A stretch of DNA of 64,000 bases from an uncultured Nitrospiraceae bacterium (GCA_963706325.1 CAVPLT010000001.1:832001-896000); one strand, 5' to 3'; counted from the stretch's first letter, positions 1 to 10,433 are shown. The notes: generated by a model from the letters alone, not told the origin. Program-made: numbers and translations.

Positions 1-46
1 CGTCAGTTACGAAGGTATCGAAGACATTGAAGAGGAAGATGAATAA
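1..46 (+). CDS. 3' end of an upstream gene with an acidic C-terminus (VSYEGIEDIEEEDE*), partial
   Basis: Open frame from the window edge to TAA 44-46. Confidence 0.5.
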   Translation, partial: VSYEGIEDIEEEDE

Positions 47-171
47 TGATGCGTCTGGTTGTTGCCGCATCGGCCCCATCCACCATCCGGCCTCGTTGTG
101 CGTCGGGAATGGGCTGCTGCTGGGACGATGGCGCGGTTGAGACGCCTCGGGCAAGGGGCCGGGCGGCATAA
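46..171 (+). CDS. Possible 41-aa small protein
   Basis: ATG46..TAA171 with TAATG overlaps to both neighbouring genes. Confidence 0.3.
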   Translation: MMRLVVAASAPSTIRPRCASGMGCCWDDGAVETPRARGRAA

Positions 172-1559
172 TGGATTCTGCCCCTCCCACAGGAACTGAT
201 GGCCGTCTATCTGGTTTTCTGAACCGGATTCATCAGTCGACCAAGCAATACCTTCCCCAGTGGTTAGGGGTCCCGGCGCACATTCACCATGTGGCTTACC
301 GGATGGCCAATCCTCCGGTGGAGCGACCCAATAGCCGCCGGGAGTTTCAGCACCTGCTCCAGGCCCTCGAAATTTCAGAAGGCGCCATCGACGAGAAATT
401 CGGCTACGGATTCAAGGTCGCCGCCAATGGTGATCGGCTGATCGTCGTGTGGGAAGCGCACACGGAATATTATAGTTATCAGGTGTGGCACGTAGTGAGC
501 GATGCTGCGAGTCCGCTCGATTTCGGACCCATCACATTTCCCGGCTATATGATGCCGTTCACCCCGCTCGGGTTGCGCGTCAATGCTCTCGACCTGCTGT
601 TCTTGCCGCAAGCGCTGCCCCTTGAGCACGAGCTGCCTGCCCGGCTTCCCGGCGCAATGGTCTATGGCAGTTATATTTTGGGGGACGATATCGTCGCAGT
701 GACAAGTTTTACTCCCGATGAATATGATCGGGAGCGATATCTGATCTGCTCGACCTCGGAGCAATCGCTTCGGCAGCAGGTGGCAAAAATCGCCGATACG
801 ATTGTCGCGATTGAAAACTACTACCACCTGGTCATGTTGCCGATGAAGGCGTTTTCCAGGGCGGTGGACCAAATCCATGACTATGAACAGCGACATCTGT
901 ACCAGAGGGCTGTCTTGATCGAACAGATCGGCGGGACCACGCCCCAGACTATGCAGAAGTGGCTGACCGTGTTGACGCAAGACCTGCTGCAAGTGAGTCG
1001 GTTGGCCGAATCGATGCGGTATCGACTGTCCGCCTCGGTGCCTTATGATCGCATCGTCCAAGGCAACCTGTTAGCACTCCAGGAGCGGACGTATGCTCAG
1101 CTGCGGCGACTCTCCGAGTATGTGAATTGGAAAATTACGGGTGTGACGGACGGCTATCAGCAGCTGCTTCGGCGAATCGATGCGATGGAAAAAGACTTTG
1201 AGGCCACGGTGGCCGTGCTCCGGACCCATATCGAGTTGAAGCTCCAGGAGCAGAATATCGGGCTGCAGGATCAGAACATGAAACTGCTGATCAGCGTGGA
1301 TTCCACTACTCGCGCGCAGGCCATTTTGCAACGCACCGTCGAAAGCCTCTCCGTAATCGTGATCACCTATTACCTGACGGGGTTGGGAAGTTATGTGATC
1401 AAAGCCTGTTACGAGGTGGGGTGGCTGAAGAATGCCAACGTAGCGACGGCGATCTTCGTCCCAATCGCTTTCGGCATTTCCTTTACCCTGATGACCGTGG
1501 GACGGAAAATCATCATGAAGCGCATGGCGAGCCAGGCGAAGGAGGGTGGTGAGGCATAA
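171..1559 (+). CDS. DUF3422-like membrane-anchored protein
   Basis: 462 aa; WEAHTEY motif, coiled coil, C-terminal LQRTVESLSVIVITYY followed by two TM helices. Confidence 0.75.
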   Translation: MDSAPPTGTDGRLSGFLNRIHQSTKQYLPQWLGVPAHIHHVAYRMANPPVERPNSRREFQHLLQALEISEGAIDEKFGYGFKVAANGDRLIVVWEAHTEYYSYQVWHVVSDAASPLDFGPITFPGYMMPFTPLGLRVNALDLLFLPQALPLEHELPARLPGAMVYGSYILGDDIVAVTSFTPDEYDRERYLICSTSEQSLRQQVAKIADTIVAIENYYHLVMLPMKAFSRAVDQIHDYEQRHLYQRAVLIEQIGGTTPQTMQKWLTVLTQDLLQVSRLAESMRYRLSASVPYDRIVQGNLLALQERTYAQLRRLSEYVNWKITGVTDGYQQLLRRIDAMEKDFEATVAVLRTHIELKLQEQNIGLQDQNMKLLISVDSTTRAQAILQRTVESLSVIVITYYLTGLGSYVIKACYEVGWLKNANVATAIFVPIAFGISFTLMTVGRKIIMKRMASQAKEGGEA

Positions 1560-1666
1560 CTCTCCGGCGCCTAAGCCTGTGGTTTCGGTGAGCCATCGCC
1601 ATTGGATTGTGCGGCTGTGAATGGGTGACAGGAATTCGAAACTTGGACCGATCGCGATGGGTCTGG

Positions 1667-2029
1667 TTATGCGGCGGTCAATTCTGGCAGGGCGGTTCGA
1701 GCGTTCTCGGTCGACTCTTCGAGCGATTGGGTGATCAGGCTTCGAATTCGGCTTTGATCATCTCGGCGCACCCGAATGAATTCAATTCCGACCTTCTCAT
1801 TCGTCGTCCATCGCACCTTTGCAAGCCCTACGGTGAGGGGCCGCGCCTGATCCGGCGCCATTACCAGCAATTCGAGATATTCCCCAGGCTGAACGGGTAA
1901 GTCCGTCTTAATCGCACAGCCTGGCACCGAAAGATTGATCACGGTCCCCTCGCCGGTCATCGAGTCGCTAGAAAGCCGGACGGGGTAGGTGACGGCGGCT
2001 CTTGTCGAAGTACGATGCTCCGTATCCAT
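1667..2029 (-). CDS. Stand-alone PilZ-domain (c-di-GMP receptor) protein
   Basis: RxxxR (RTSTR), NLSVPG (D/NxSxxG), VRW..GIEF; AGGAGG RBS. Confidence 0.85.
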   Translation of the reverse strand: MDTEHRTSTRAAVTYPVRLSSDSMTGEGTVINLSVPGCAIKTDLPVQPGEYLELLVMAPDQARPLTVGLAKVRWTTNEKVGIEFIRVRRDDQSRIRSLITQSLEESTENARTALPELTAA

Positions 2030-2075
2030 TGAAAAGGCCTCCTTGCCTTGATCCCATTCCTGAGAGCTTAAGGCT

Positions 2076-2102
2076 CTTTCGGTAGGGGTTCTCCCGAACT
2101 TA
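2076..2102 (-). promoter_or_regulatory. Putative sigma28 (FliA) promoter of the PilZ gene
   Basis: Minus strand TAAG-N15-ACCGAAAG versus consensus TAAA-N15-GCCGATAA. Confidence 0.5.
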
Positions 2103-2389
2103 AGGTGAATGTCGCCAAAATTCTTCGTTTCACCAAGGACCGTTCGCGAGTCGGAGGTTATGGCTTCGACGGAATGCTCGGGGGCGACGGCCGGCCATTA
2201 TCCCGATCCCCTTGTCGACTCCACCACCAGGCTAACGGAATACTCACCGGGAAAGGCAGGAGAATGATGGCTAGGACCATGATACCTTTGCCCGCCGACA
2301 TTCGGTGAATGTGAAGCCACAGGGTGGAAAACATGGGATGGAAACCTCGTATCTCGAATCATATTTTGGTTACGAATTGCCCAGTGGAT

Positions 2390-2512
2390 TCAGCGATGCC
2401 GGCGTCGCGTGGTCAAGTCTTGCCGGGTGCTTTGCCGCAGCTCGATCAACCAGCGCCCGATCAATGCCGCGAAAGCGCCCATCGTGATCAGTAGTCCCAA
2501 CGTATTCTCCAT
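2390..2512 (-). CDS. 40-aa single-TM small protein
   Basis: AGAGGAG RBS before ATG; hydrophobic N-terminus and basic tail (MENTLGLLITMGAFAALIGRWLIELRQSTRQDLTTRRRHR). Confidence 0.55.
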   Translation of the reverse strand: MENTLGLLITMGAFAALIGRWLIELRQSTRQDLTTRRRHR

Positions 2513-2751
2513 GGATCTCTCCTCTGCGATGAGTTCGATACAGCGCGTCCATATCACCTTCCATGAGCAATCCCTATGCCGAGTCATGGCCGAGTTCATG
2601 TGGCAGGCTGAGCCGCCCCCGTTGATTTGAAGACCGGTGAGTTTAGAATTGAAGCGAGTGAAATAGAGAAACAGATACGGGTGCGTATCCATACCGATAC
2701 TCCGCGGGCAGCCGCCTGAAGTGATAGGGACCGGCGGACTCGGCTTGCCTG

Positions 2752-3177
2752 GTGAGTGACCGATGGGGATGGCGGTTGATTTCGGCGTCTGAACAGCGTA
2801 TCCATCTTCCAACCGTCCTGGGCCGAATCCGGCGGATTACTCAGCAAAAGGCACTCGTGGAGCGTCGCGACAGCCCCCGTTACGAAATTCAAGTGCCACT
2901 CACGTTCTCCGGCAGTGATATTGCCGGAAGCGGATTGATCACGAGTCTCTCCCAGGAGGGGTGCCATGTAGTGAGCGAGGAATCTTTGCCTGCCCGTGCG
3001 TGCCTGTCCCTCCATGTCGAATTCCCTGCCCCCTACGAGCCACTCACGGTCGAAGTGGCCGAGGTTCGGTGGACCAATGCCGTCGGCTTTGGCCTCGTAT
3101 TCGTGCATGTTCACACCGAGGAACATGCACGGCTCCAGCGGTTCATAGACTGGCTGAAGCAAACGCAGAACAATTAG
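2752..3177 (+). CDS. PilZ-domain protein (start uncertain)
   Basis: ERRDSPR, SLSQEG, VRW..GFGLVF. Confidence 0.8.
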   Translation: MSDRWGWRLISASEQRIHLPTVLGRIRRITQQKALVERRDSPRYEIQVPLTFSGSDIAGSGLITSLSQEGCHVVSEESLPARACLSLHVEFPAPYEPLTVEVAEVRWTNAVGFGLVFVHVHTEEHARLQRFIDWLKQTQNN

Positions 3178-3379
3178 CACCTTTCAGTGCCCCTACTGTC
3201 GCGATAGCCTCTAGTCTCCTGTCAGGCTCTCCTCATCAACCAGGTTGTCCAGCGGTACCTTGGTATGAGAGGCGTTATCCGTGCGCGGGGAGGGATCAGT
3301 CACAGTGCTCGAGCAGGGAAGTTGCGATCAAGGATGGGATCAGGCAGGATGCTTTTATGATTGGCGAAAGGTATAGGAC

Positions 3380-4915
3380 ATGACCACAGAGCATCTCATA
3401 TCATCAGACCTCACTCAACTGCGAACCTCATGTATCATGGTTATTTTTGGTGTGGACGGCGACCTCGCGAGGCGGAAACTGTTTCCAGCGTTGTACAACC
3501 TCATGGCCGGACGATTTCTTCCTGAGCGCTTTGCGATCGTGGGGTTAGATCGTGCGGAGATGACGACGGAAGAATTTCGAGACAAGTTGAATCGTGGAGT
3601 TGGTGATTTTTTGCCGGCCGATGTCGATCGATCGATCTGGCAAGCCCTCTCGGAGCGCGTCCATTATCTGGCGGGCAACTTTCAAGAAGGAGTTATCTAT
3701 CGGCAGCTCAATGAACGGCTCCAGAAAGTCGACGCTGAGGCCGGCACCGGCGGTAACTACATTTTTTATCTGGCGACGATTCCGGGGTTGTTTGGTCAAA
3801 TCGTGACGCACTTAGGGGAATATGGCCTGACGGTCGAACGTAATGGCGCGTGGCGCCGCGTCATCATCGAAAAACCGTTCGGTCATGATTTGGAATCGGC
3901 TAAGGCCCTCAACCACGAACTACAGCGGGCGCTGAAAGAACACCAGATCTACCGAATTGATCACTATTTAGGCAAAGAGACAGTCCAGAATATTATGGTG
4001 CTGCGATTTGCGAATGGCATTTTTGAGCCGATATGGAACCGCCGGTATATCGACCACGTGCAGATCACCGTGGCCGAGAGTCTGGGGGTGGAGCACCGGG
4101 GTCGCTACTATGAAGACGCAGGTGCGCTGCGAGATATGGTGCCGAACCATCTGCTGCAACTCTTGTGTTTTCTGGCCATGGAGCCGCCGAATTCCTTCGC
4201 AGCCGATGCGGTGCGTGATGAGAAATCCAAGGTGTTGCGAGGGGTGGTGCCGCTGACTTCTCTCGATGTTCTGCGGTATGTCGTCTTCGGCCAATATGGC
4301 GGCGGAACGGCAGATGGAAAGCCGGTGGGCGGCTATCGCGCGGAGCCCCATGTCTCTCCCACGTCGTTGACCGAGACCTATGTGGGGATGAAGTTGTTTA
4401 TCGACAATTGGCGTTGGGCCGATGTTCCGTTTTACCTCCGCACTGGAAAGCGCATGGCCCGACGATTGACCGAGATTGTGGTGCAGTTCAAGTGCGCGCC
4501 GTTCATGTTGTTTCGAAAGACCCACGTCGATCGATTGGCTCCCAACGTGCTCGTCATCCGCATTCAGCCGGACGAAGGCATCTCGCTGCGCTTCGGGGCC
4601 AAGGTACCGGGACCGGCAGTCCGACTCGGTACGGTCGATATGGATTTTCAGTATGCCGACTATTTCGGCAATGCCCCCAATACCGGTTATGAGACGCTGC
4701 TGCACGATGCGATGGCGGGAGATGCCACACTGTTTCAACGGGCGGACACCATCGAGCTGGGATGGGCTGTCGTGCAAATGATTTTGGATGTTTGGAAATC
4801 TCTCCCTGGAGCGGCCGCCTTTCCGAACTATTCCAGTGGAAGTTGGGGGCCTGCCGAGGCGGATGCCTTATTGCGTCGTGAGGGAAGGGAATGGTGGAAT
4901 GGTGGCCATGCATAG
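3380..4915 (+). CDS. zwf: Glucose-6-phosphate 1-dehydrogenase
   Basis: [34 protein letters not shown]. Confidence 0.95.
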   Translation: MTTEHLISSDLTQLRTSCIMVIFGVDGDLARRKLFPALYNLMAGRFLPERFAIVGLDRAEMTTEEFRDKLNRGVGDFLPADVDRSIWQALSERVHYLAGNFQEGVIYRQLNERLQKVDAEAGTGGNYIFYLATIPGLFGQIVTHLGEYGLTVERNGAWRRVIIEKPFGHDLESAKALNHELQRALKEHQIYRIDHYLGKETVQNIMVLRFANGIFEPIWNRRYIDHVQITVAESLGVEHRGRYYEDAGALRDMVPNHLLQLLCFLAMEPPNSFAADAVRDEKSKVLRGVVPLTSLDVLRYVVFGQYGGGTADGKPVGGYRAEPHVSPTSLTETYVGMKLFIDNWRWADVPFYLRTGKRMARRLTEIVVQFKCAPFMLFRKTHVDRLAPNVLVIRIQPDEGISLRFGAKVPGPAVRLGTVDMDFQYADYFGNAPNTGYETLLHDAMAGDATLFQRADTIELGWAVVQMILDVWKSLPGAAAFPNYSSGSWGPAEADALLRREGREWWNGGHA

Positions 4916-5038
4916 CGTGGGATGCAGTGCGGGTGTCTGCCGGCGCATGGTGGTCTCAAAGTAGCCGGCAATGGTAAGCGATGATAGGTTCGGCGGAATC
5001 CCTGACGACACGGTTCAGCGGACAAGACGAGGTGGGTC

Positions 5039-5584
5039 ATGACGGAAGTGAAGACAGAGCAGGCAACCCTGGCAGGCGGGTGCTTTTGGTGTCTCGAAGC
5101 GGTGTACGACCAGGTCAAAGGTGTTCAGTCGGTCGAGTCCGGGTATATTGGCGGTCAGGCCGGTGCTCCCACCTACGAGCAGGTGTGCGGCGGGCGAACC
5201 GGACATGCGGAGGCGGTGCGGATCACCTTCGACCCGGAGATGGTCACCTACCGTGATCTTTTAAATATATTCTTCGTGATCCATGATCCAACGACGCTCA
5301 ATCGGCAGGGCAACGACAGCGGAACGCAGTATCGATCGGGGATCTTCTATCATTCCCCGGAGCAGCAACAGACAGCCCAGGAAGTGATGGAGGCGCTCAC
5401 TCAGGAGCGCCTGTATTCAAATTCAATCGTCACCGAAGTGGTGCCGGCGAGTCAGTGGTTCGAGGCCGAGTCTTACCACCAGGAATATTTTGCGCGCAAC
5501 CCTACGCAGGGCTACTGCACCTATGTCGTGGAACCCAAAGTGGCAAAATTTCGCCAGCACTTTGCGCCGCTCCTCAAAGCGTAG
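5039..5584 (+). CDS. msrA: Peptide-methionine (S)-S-oxide reductase
   Basis: GGCFWC, HDPT, GTQYRSGI, AESYHQEY. Confidence 0.95.
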   Translation: MTEVKTEQATLAGGCFWCLEAVYDQVKGVQSVESGYIGGQAGAPTYEQVCGGRTGHAEAVRITFDPEMVTYRDLLNIFFVIHDPTTLNRQGNDSGTQYRSGIFYHSPEQQQTAQEVMEALTQERLYSNSIVTEVVPASQWFEAESYHQEYFARNPTQGYCTYVVEPKVAKFRQHFAPLLKA

Positions 5585-5605
5585 CCATGGGCGGCGAGAA
5601 TTTTT

Positions 5606-6040
5606 TTACGACGCCTTGAAAAGTCGCCGGATCCCATCGCCCAGGTCTTGAAGCAGGTTAAGTTGTTGGGTGATGTGGTGCCGCTTCACAAGGAGTTCTG
5701 CTTGGGGCGGGCAGAACGGCCATTCGATGGTGCTCTTCCCTTGCACCTGGGCAATGAGATCGTCCTCCGGCCCTTCTGCCTGAGAGTGGGTCACAATCAA
5801 GGGGTCCTTCGGGTCGAGTAGACAGGTCGAATCGAACCCGAGTGGGTGGTACCGATCGGGCTGGAAGAGTGGAACCTTGTGGGCGCCGTTGGAGAAAACT
5901 GTGTCCCCTTCACGAATGGGTCCGTCCGGCGCAATGGAATACAGCACCATGGGAGTCAACACAATCACGGCCGCCGCAAGAGCGATTGACCAGAGCGGAG
6001 GTTCCGCTCCCTGCCGCTGAAATGGTTCAGGCCGATCCAT
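5606..6040 (-). CDS. Hypothetical membrane-anchored protein
   Basis: 144 aa with one N-terminal TM segment. Confidence 0.6.
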   Translation of the reverse strand: MDRPEPFQRQGAEPPLWSIALAAAVIVLTPMVLYSIAPDGPIREGDTVFSNGAHKVPLFQPDRYHPLGFDSTCLLDPKDPLIVTHSQAEGPEDDLIAQVQGKSTIEWPFCPPQAELLVKRHHITQQLNLLQDLGDGIRRLFKAS

Positions 6041-6164
6041 GTCGCCGGTCGGTTTCCTTTCAAAGGGACTTGCGTCCTAGCCGAAACTTCTTCACACTCA
6101 CGCCCCCGTGCGGCCTGGTGATTGTACCTCAAGCGGCGGAGAAAGGCCCGTGGCGGCAGTCGCA

Positions 6165-6308
6165 ATGGTCTATTGTCCGATGTGTTCAGGAGCGGCTAAA
6201 CGGGTGAGCCGTCATGGCTGGCGAGATTTCGTCATGCAAGTGATCGGATTTTATCCGTTTCGGTGCACTATTTGCCTGTACCGCTTCCGACTTCGCCGTC
6301 GTACCTAG
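6165..6308 (+). CDS. 47-aa Zn-ribbon microprotein
   Basis: CPMC...FRCTIC; resembles the N-terminus of 32700..33209. Confidence 0.55.
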   Translation: MVYCPMCSGAAKRVSRHGWRDFVMQVIGFYPFRCTICLYRFRLRRRT

Positions 6309-6699
6309 CCGCGGTCAAGATTTCTGAAACCTCCATACATAGCCCGCTTCCCAGCAATGCCAACCGTCGTTCAAACGAGACTTGAAACCAACCAGGGAAT
6401 TTCCGTAGGATACTTTTCCCAGCACACGTGTCATGTCTTCTGATGACGTCTGCGATGAAGAGTGAGTGGCAATATGTCGTTTTGTGGTAAGTGTTCCGGT
6501 TATACGAAGCGCTCTCGCCGCCAGGGATTGTTCGACTTTCTCTGCTTCCTGATCGGGCTCTATCCCTATCGCTGCTTGCGATGTGGTCGCAGAGCTCATC
6601 TCCGTCAGCGCACCTGACTCCACACGTTCGCCCGACTTCTATTGCCTGTTACGTCCGATGACACTCAGCCATGCGCCGCTTCTGCGCAAGCCAGTCGGT

Positions 6700-7605
6700 T
6701 CACAGTAAATCGTCTGCCGCATCATCCGTCTGGAGGTCTGCCGGTATGGCGTCGGTCCGAAGGGCGGAGAAGTCGAACAAATCGCGATCCAATAACAGCG
6801 GAGGGGCAACATTGGAAAGCGCTGCGAACATGCTGTCGTTGGAGCCTGGGAAACGCTGGTTCCACTCCTGCAGCATCATCTTGACCTGTTTTCGTTTGAG
6901 ATCTTCTTGTGAGCCACACAGGTCGCAGGGAATGATCGGGAATTGGAGCAGGGCCGCATACCGTTCCAGGTCCGCCTCCTTCACATAGGCTAACGGCCTG
7001 ATTATGAGATGACGACCGCTCTTAGAGAGCAGCTTTGGGGGCATCGTCTTGAGCTTGCCGGTAAAAAACAAATTCAGCAGGAGTGTCTCCAGGATGTCGT
7101 CACGATGATGGCCTAGCGCGATTTTGGTCGCTCCCAACTCCGTGGCGAGGCGGTAGAGATGTCCGCGCCGAAGACGAGAGCAGAGTGAGCAGGTGGTCTG
7201 ACCTTCCGGGATCAGCCGCTTGACGATTGAATAGGTATCGCGTGTTTCGACATGAAAGGGCACGCCGCGGCGAGTGAGATACTCTGGAAGCACATGGGCG
7301 GGAAAGCCCGGTTGTTTCTGATCCAGATTCACGGCGATGAGGTCGAAATGAATCGGGGCTCGACTGCGTAGCGAGAGCAAAGCCTCCAACAGACCGTAAC
7401 TGTCTTTTCCTCCGGAGAGGCACACCATAACCTTGTCGCCATCCTCGATCATGCGGTAATCGGCGATGGCTTGCCCCACCAGACGGCAGAGGCGGGTCTG
7501 AAGCTTGTCAATGTCGTCTTGGCGTGTGGCTCGTTGTATGGGGATTATGGGTGGCGGTGTCATGGGGCTCGGCATGGCGGGCATTGTATCGCAAGAAGGA
7601 ATCAA
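6700..7605 (-). CDS. ttcA: tRNA 2-thiocytidine(32) synthetase (start uncertain)
   Basis: PP-loop [30 protein letters not shown]. Confidence 0.95.
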   Translation of the reverse strand: MIPSCDTMPAMPSPMTPPPIIPIQRATRQDDIDKLQTRLCRLVGQAIADYRMIEDGDKVMVCLSGGKDSYGLLEALLSLRSRAPIHFDLIAVNLDQKQPGFPAHVLPEYLTRRGVPFHVETRDTYSIVKRLIPEGQTTCSLCSRLRRGHLYRLATELGATKIALGHHRDDILETLLLNLFFTGKLKTMPPKLLSKSGRHLIIRPLAYVKEADLERYAALLQFPIIPCDLCGSQEDLKRKQVKMMLQEWNQRFPGSNDSMFAALSNVAPPLLLDRDLFDFSALRTDAIPADLQTDDAADDLL

Positions 7606-7980
7606 ATGGGATGCTCTTCTTCAAGCCGTAGGCCGCATCGTCGAGGATTTGGGCCAGGTGAAAAGGGAGGCGTCCATCTTCCCGTTCTGAGCGAATGAAT
7701 CAGCAGGGGACGCAACCCGCTCGTACAGGTCCTTCCAGGGCGAAGTCTCTTGCGAGCCCGCGCCACATAGCCGGTCATACCTCGAAGTGACCTCTCATTT
7801 TTTGTTGCCAATCTTCACGGGCCGAAGCTCAACTCAATAGAGCCTGCACTCTTCTGTCCGATTTATGGTTTTCCCTGACAGGGAAGTCCGAAGGTCAGGA
7901 CAGGTTCCCGGCATAATTTCAACGGAATGCTATAGTTGATACAGACAAAATGGCGTCGAACGGGGCTTTTTGGTGGTCGA

Positions 7981-9045
7981 ATGATGGCTCGGACACACAT
8001 CCAGCGGCGAGATCGGTCACGTAGGGTCGCCTCGGTCCCGGATTGGGCAAATTGGAGTGATGACCAGCTCCTCGATCTGCGCATGTGTGATCTGCATGTG
8101 CGATTGGAAGGCAGCTTTTACGAGAGGCCTATTGCCCAGCTTCAGCGTGAATTGACCGCCAGGAGACTGCTATTCCAGCCGTACGTCTGGATCTCGGACG
8201 AATGGTTCACTCCGGACGGCGTGCCTGGCATTGCCGTGCCCTTCTATCTTGCACATCCCCGATTGGCGAAATTGGAAGCGAGCCAAATGTTGGAGGTTGA
8301 GGGCGGCACCATGGACTGGTGCATGCGCATCTTGCGACACGAGGCCGGCCATGCCATTGAAAATGCGTACCTATTGCGTCGTCGGCGCCGCCGACAGAAA
8401 CTTTTTGGGCGATCTTCGCAGCCGTATCCAACGTATTACACCCCGCGCCCCTATAGCCGGAGCTTTGTGCGTCATTTGGATGTCTGGTATGCCCAGAGCC
8501 ATCCCGATGAAGACTTCGCGGAGACATTCGCCGTGTGGCTCGATCCACATTCACTCTGGAAGGAGCGCTACCGCGAATGGCCGGTGATGAAAAAACTGGA
8601 GTTTATGGAGCGGCTCATGGGTGAACTGGCCGGAGCAACACCGATTGTGACGGGGCGACAGCAACTGGACCCATTGCCGGGCATTTACAAAACGCTGCGT
8701 GACCATTATGAGGAAAAGCGGAAGCACTATGGGATCGGTCGGGCGCCGTCGTACGACGCAGATTTGAAGAAGTTGTTCTCCGACGCGCCGGGCCATGTCA
8801 AAAACCAGACGGCCGCGGAATTTCTTCGTCGAACCAGAAAAGAAATACGCCGGCGAGTTGCGGAGTGGACGGGTGAATATCACTACACGATCGATCAGGT
8901 TTTAGAAGGTATGATCGACCGATGTCAGGCGTTGAAACTGCACCTGACTGTCCAGAAAGACCAAGCCAAGTTGGATTTTGCGATTCTTCTGACGGTGCAG
9001 ACCATGAACTATCTTCACACCGGCCGACATAAGGTGGCGTTATGA
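7981..9045 (+). CDS. Putative zinc-binding metallopeptidase (zincin)
   Basis: HEAGH (HExxH) plus downstream HPDEDFAETFA. Confidence 0.8.
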   Translation: MMARTHIQRRDRSRRVASVPDWANWSDDQLLDLRMCDLHVRLEGSFYERPIAQLQRELTARRLLFQPYVWISDEWFTPDGVPGIAVPFYLAHPRLAKLEASQMLEVEGGTMDWCMRILRHEAGHAIENAYLLRRRRRRQKLFGRSSQPYPTYYTPRPYSRSFVRHLDVWYAQSHPDEDFAETFAVWLDPHSLWKERYREWPVMKKLEFMERLMGELAGATPIVTGRQQLDPLPGIYKTLRDHYEEKRKHYGIGRAPSYDADLKKLFSDAPGHVKNQTAAEFLRRTRKEIRRRVAEWTGEYHYTIDQVLEGMIDRCQALKLHLTVQKDQAKLDFAILLTVQTMNYLHTGRHKVAL

Positions 9046-10064
9046 GACGACTGCGTATTCTCGTGTTGATGCACAAAGACCTCGTCCCGCCGGAGCAGTT
9101 GACCGGGCAGGATCTCGAAGTGGCGGCCTGGAAGACGGAGTACGACGTGGTTTCTACGTTGCGCAAGCTGGGCCACGACGTGCAGGCCCTCGGCGTGAAG
9201 AGCGATTTGGAAGTGATCCGCGCGGCCGTGGAGGAGTGGAAGCCGCAGATTGCCTTCAATCTACTGGAAGAGTTCGATGGCATGGCGGTCTACGATCAGA
9301 ACGTGGTGTCCTATCTCGAATTAATGCGCATTCCCTACACCGGGTGCAACCCGCGCGGCCTCATGCTGGCGCGGGACAAGGCGCTGGCCAAGCAGGTCAT
9401 GTCGTACCATCGCATTCCCTATCCGGAATTTATGGTGGTACCGCTGCACCGCATGGTTCGCCGGCCTAAATATTTGCCCTTTCCATTAATTGTGAAGTCG
9501 ATCAGCGAAGAGGCGTCCCTGGGGATTTCACAAGCCTCCATCGTGGAGGATGATGAAAAGCTGCGGGAGCGAGTCAAATTTATCCATGACAATGTCGGCA
9601 CAGGAGCCTTGATCGAGCGGTACATCGAAGGACGAGAGCTCTATGTCGGCGTCATGGGGAATGCGCATCTGCAAGTCTTTCCGGTGTGGGAATTGGTGAT
9701 GGATAAGATGCCTGACGAGGCGAAGCGGATCGCGACCGAGCGCGTCAAATGGAGTCGCAAATATCAAGAGAAATATGGCATCCGCTCCTGTGAAGCGAGA
9801 AATTTGCCGGAGGGGGTCGTTGACCATATTCAACACCTGGCCAAGCGCGTTTACCGCGCGTTGGGGCTCAGCGGGTATGCCCGGATCGACATGCGGATGG
9901 ATAAAGACGGCGTCGTATATGTCTTGGAGGCCAATCCCAATCCCCAAATCGCCACCGGGGAAGATTTTGCCGACTCCGCTGAAAAGGCGAATCTCGCCTA
10001 CAAAGATCTGCTGCAGGAATTGCTGCATGTCGGGTTGCGGTGGCGCCCGGCCCAAGCCGCCTAG
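9042..10064 (+). CDS. D-Ala-D-Ala-ligase-like ATP-grasp enzyme (non-canonical)
   Basis: IPYTG, DKALAK, ASLGI, ERYIEGRE, GYARIDMR, EANPNP; ATGA overlap with the peptidase. Confidence 0.85.
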   Translation: MRRLRILVLMHKDLVPPEQLTGQDLEVAAWKTEYDVVSTLRKLGHDVQALGVKSDLEVIRAAVEEWKPQIAFNLLEEFDGMAVYDQNVVSYLELMRIPYTGCNPRGLMLARDKALAKQVMSYHRIPYPEFMVVPLHRMVRRPKYLPFPLIVKSISEEASLGISQASIVEDDEKLRERVKFIHDNVGTGALIERYIEGRELYVGVMGNAHLQVFPVWELVMDKMPDEAKRIATERVKWSRKYQEKYGIRSCEARNLPEGVVDHIQHLAKRVYRALGLSGYARIDMRMDKDGVVYVLEANPNPQIATGEDFADSAEKANLAYKDLLQELLHVGLRWRPAQAA

Positions 10065-10190
10065 GCAGGCGCTGAAACGAGCCTCCAACTTCGTTATCGC
10101 TTCTCTCAAGACTTCGACGTACTTGGCGCAGTACGCTCAGTCTTTCGTGCGCTGCGGTCTTGATGAAAGCCCGTTTGAACTCTCTCCCGC
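10065..10190 (+). mobile_element. MITE-like repeat, degenerate short copy
   Basis: GCAGGCGCTGAAAC...ACGTAC...GTACGC...CGCTGCGG...GTTTGAAC; similar to 55662 and 11626. Confidence 0.6.
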
Positions 10191-10433
10191 AGCGATTGCG
10201 GAACACTCTTTGCTCATTTTTGCGATATCCCATCCCCGGTGATAGACGTCACGGTTGTAATGGTCCTCGGCCATGAGACGGCCGTTGAGTTCGTCTGAGA
10301 AGGCAAAGGATTCTGACTCGTTGCGATGGGAGACGATTCGTATGCATGTGTACGACGGAGAGGGAAGACCTGGATGAAGACTTAAACTCAGCGTTCGACA
10401 CTGTGGGTCTGAAAATTACGGCCCCCAACGGAT

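Noticed and set aside
375..4777. Long antisense ORFs (375..1061, 2596..3180, 3968..4777, and others such as 21876..22709)
   Set aside because: Shadow frames of real genes in GC-rich DNA, with no motifs of their own.
6315..6623. 102-aa minus-strand ORF downstream of ttcA
   Set aside because: No motif or clear RBS and atypical composition; cannot be supported.
6700..7605. PP-loop protein as the missing LarE
   Set aside because: The CxxC..CxxC and other motifs identify it as TtcA.
10273..10377. 34-aa ORF downstream of the ATP-grasp gene as a possible RiPP precursor
   Set aside because: No RBS and no graspetide-like motif; separated from the operon by a repeat.
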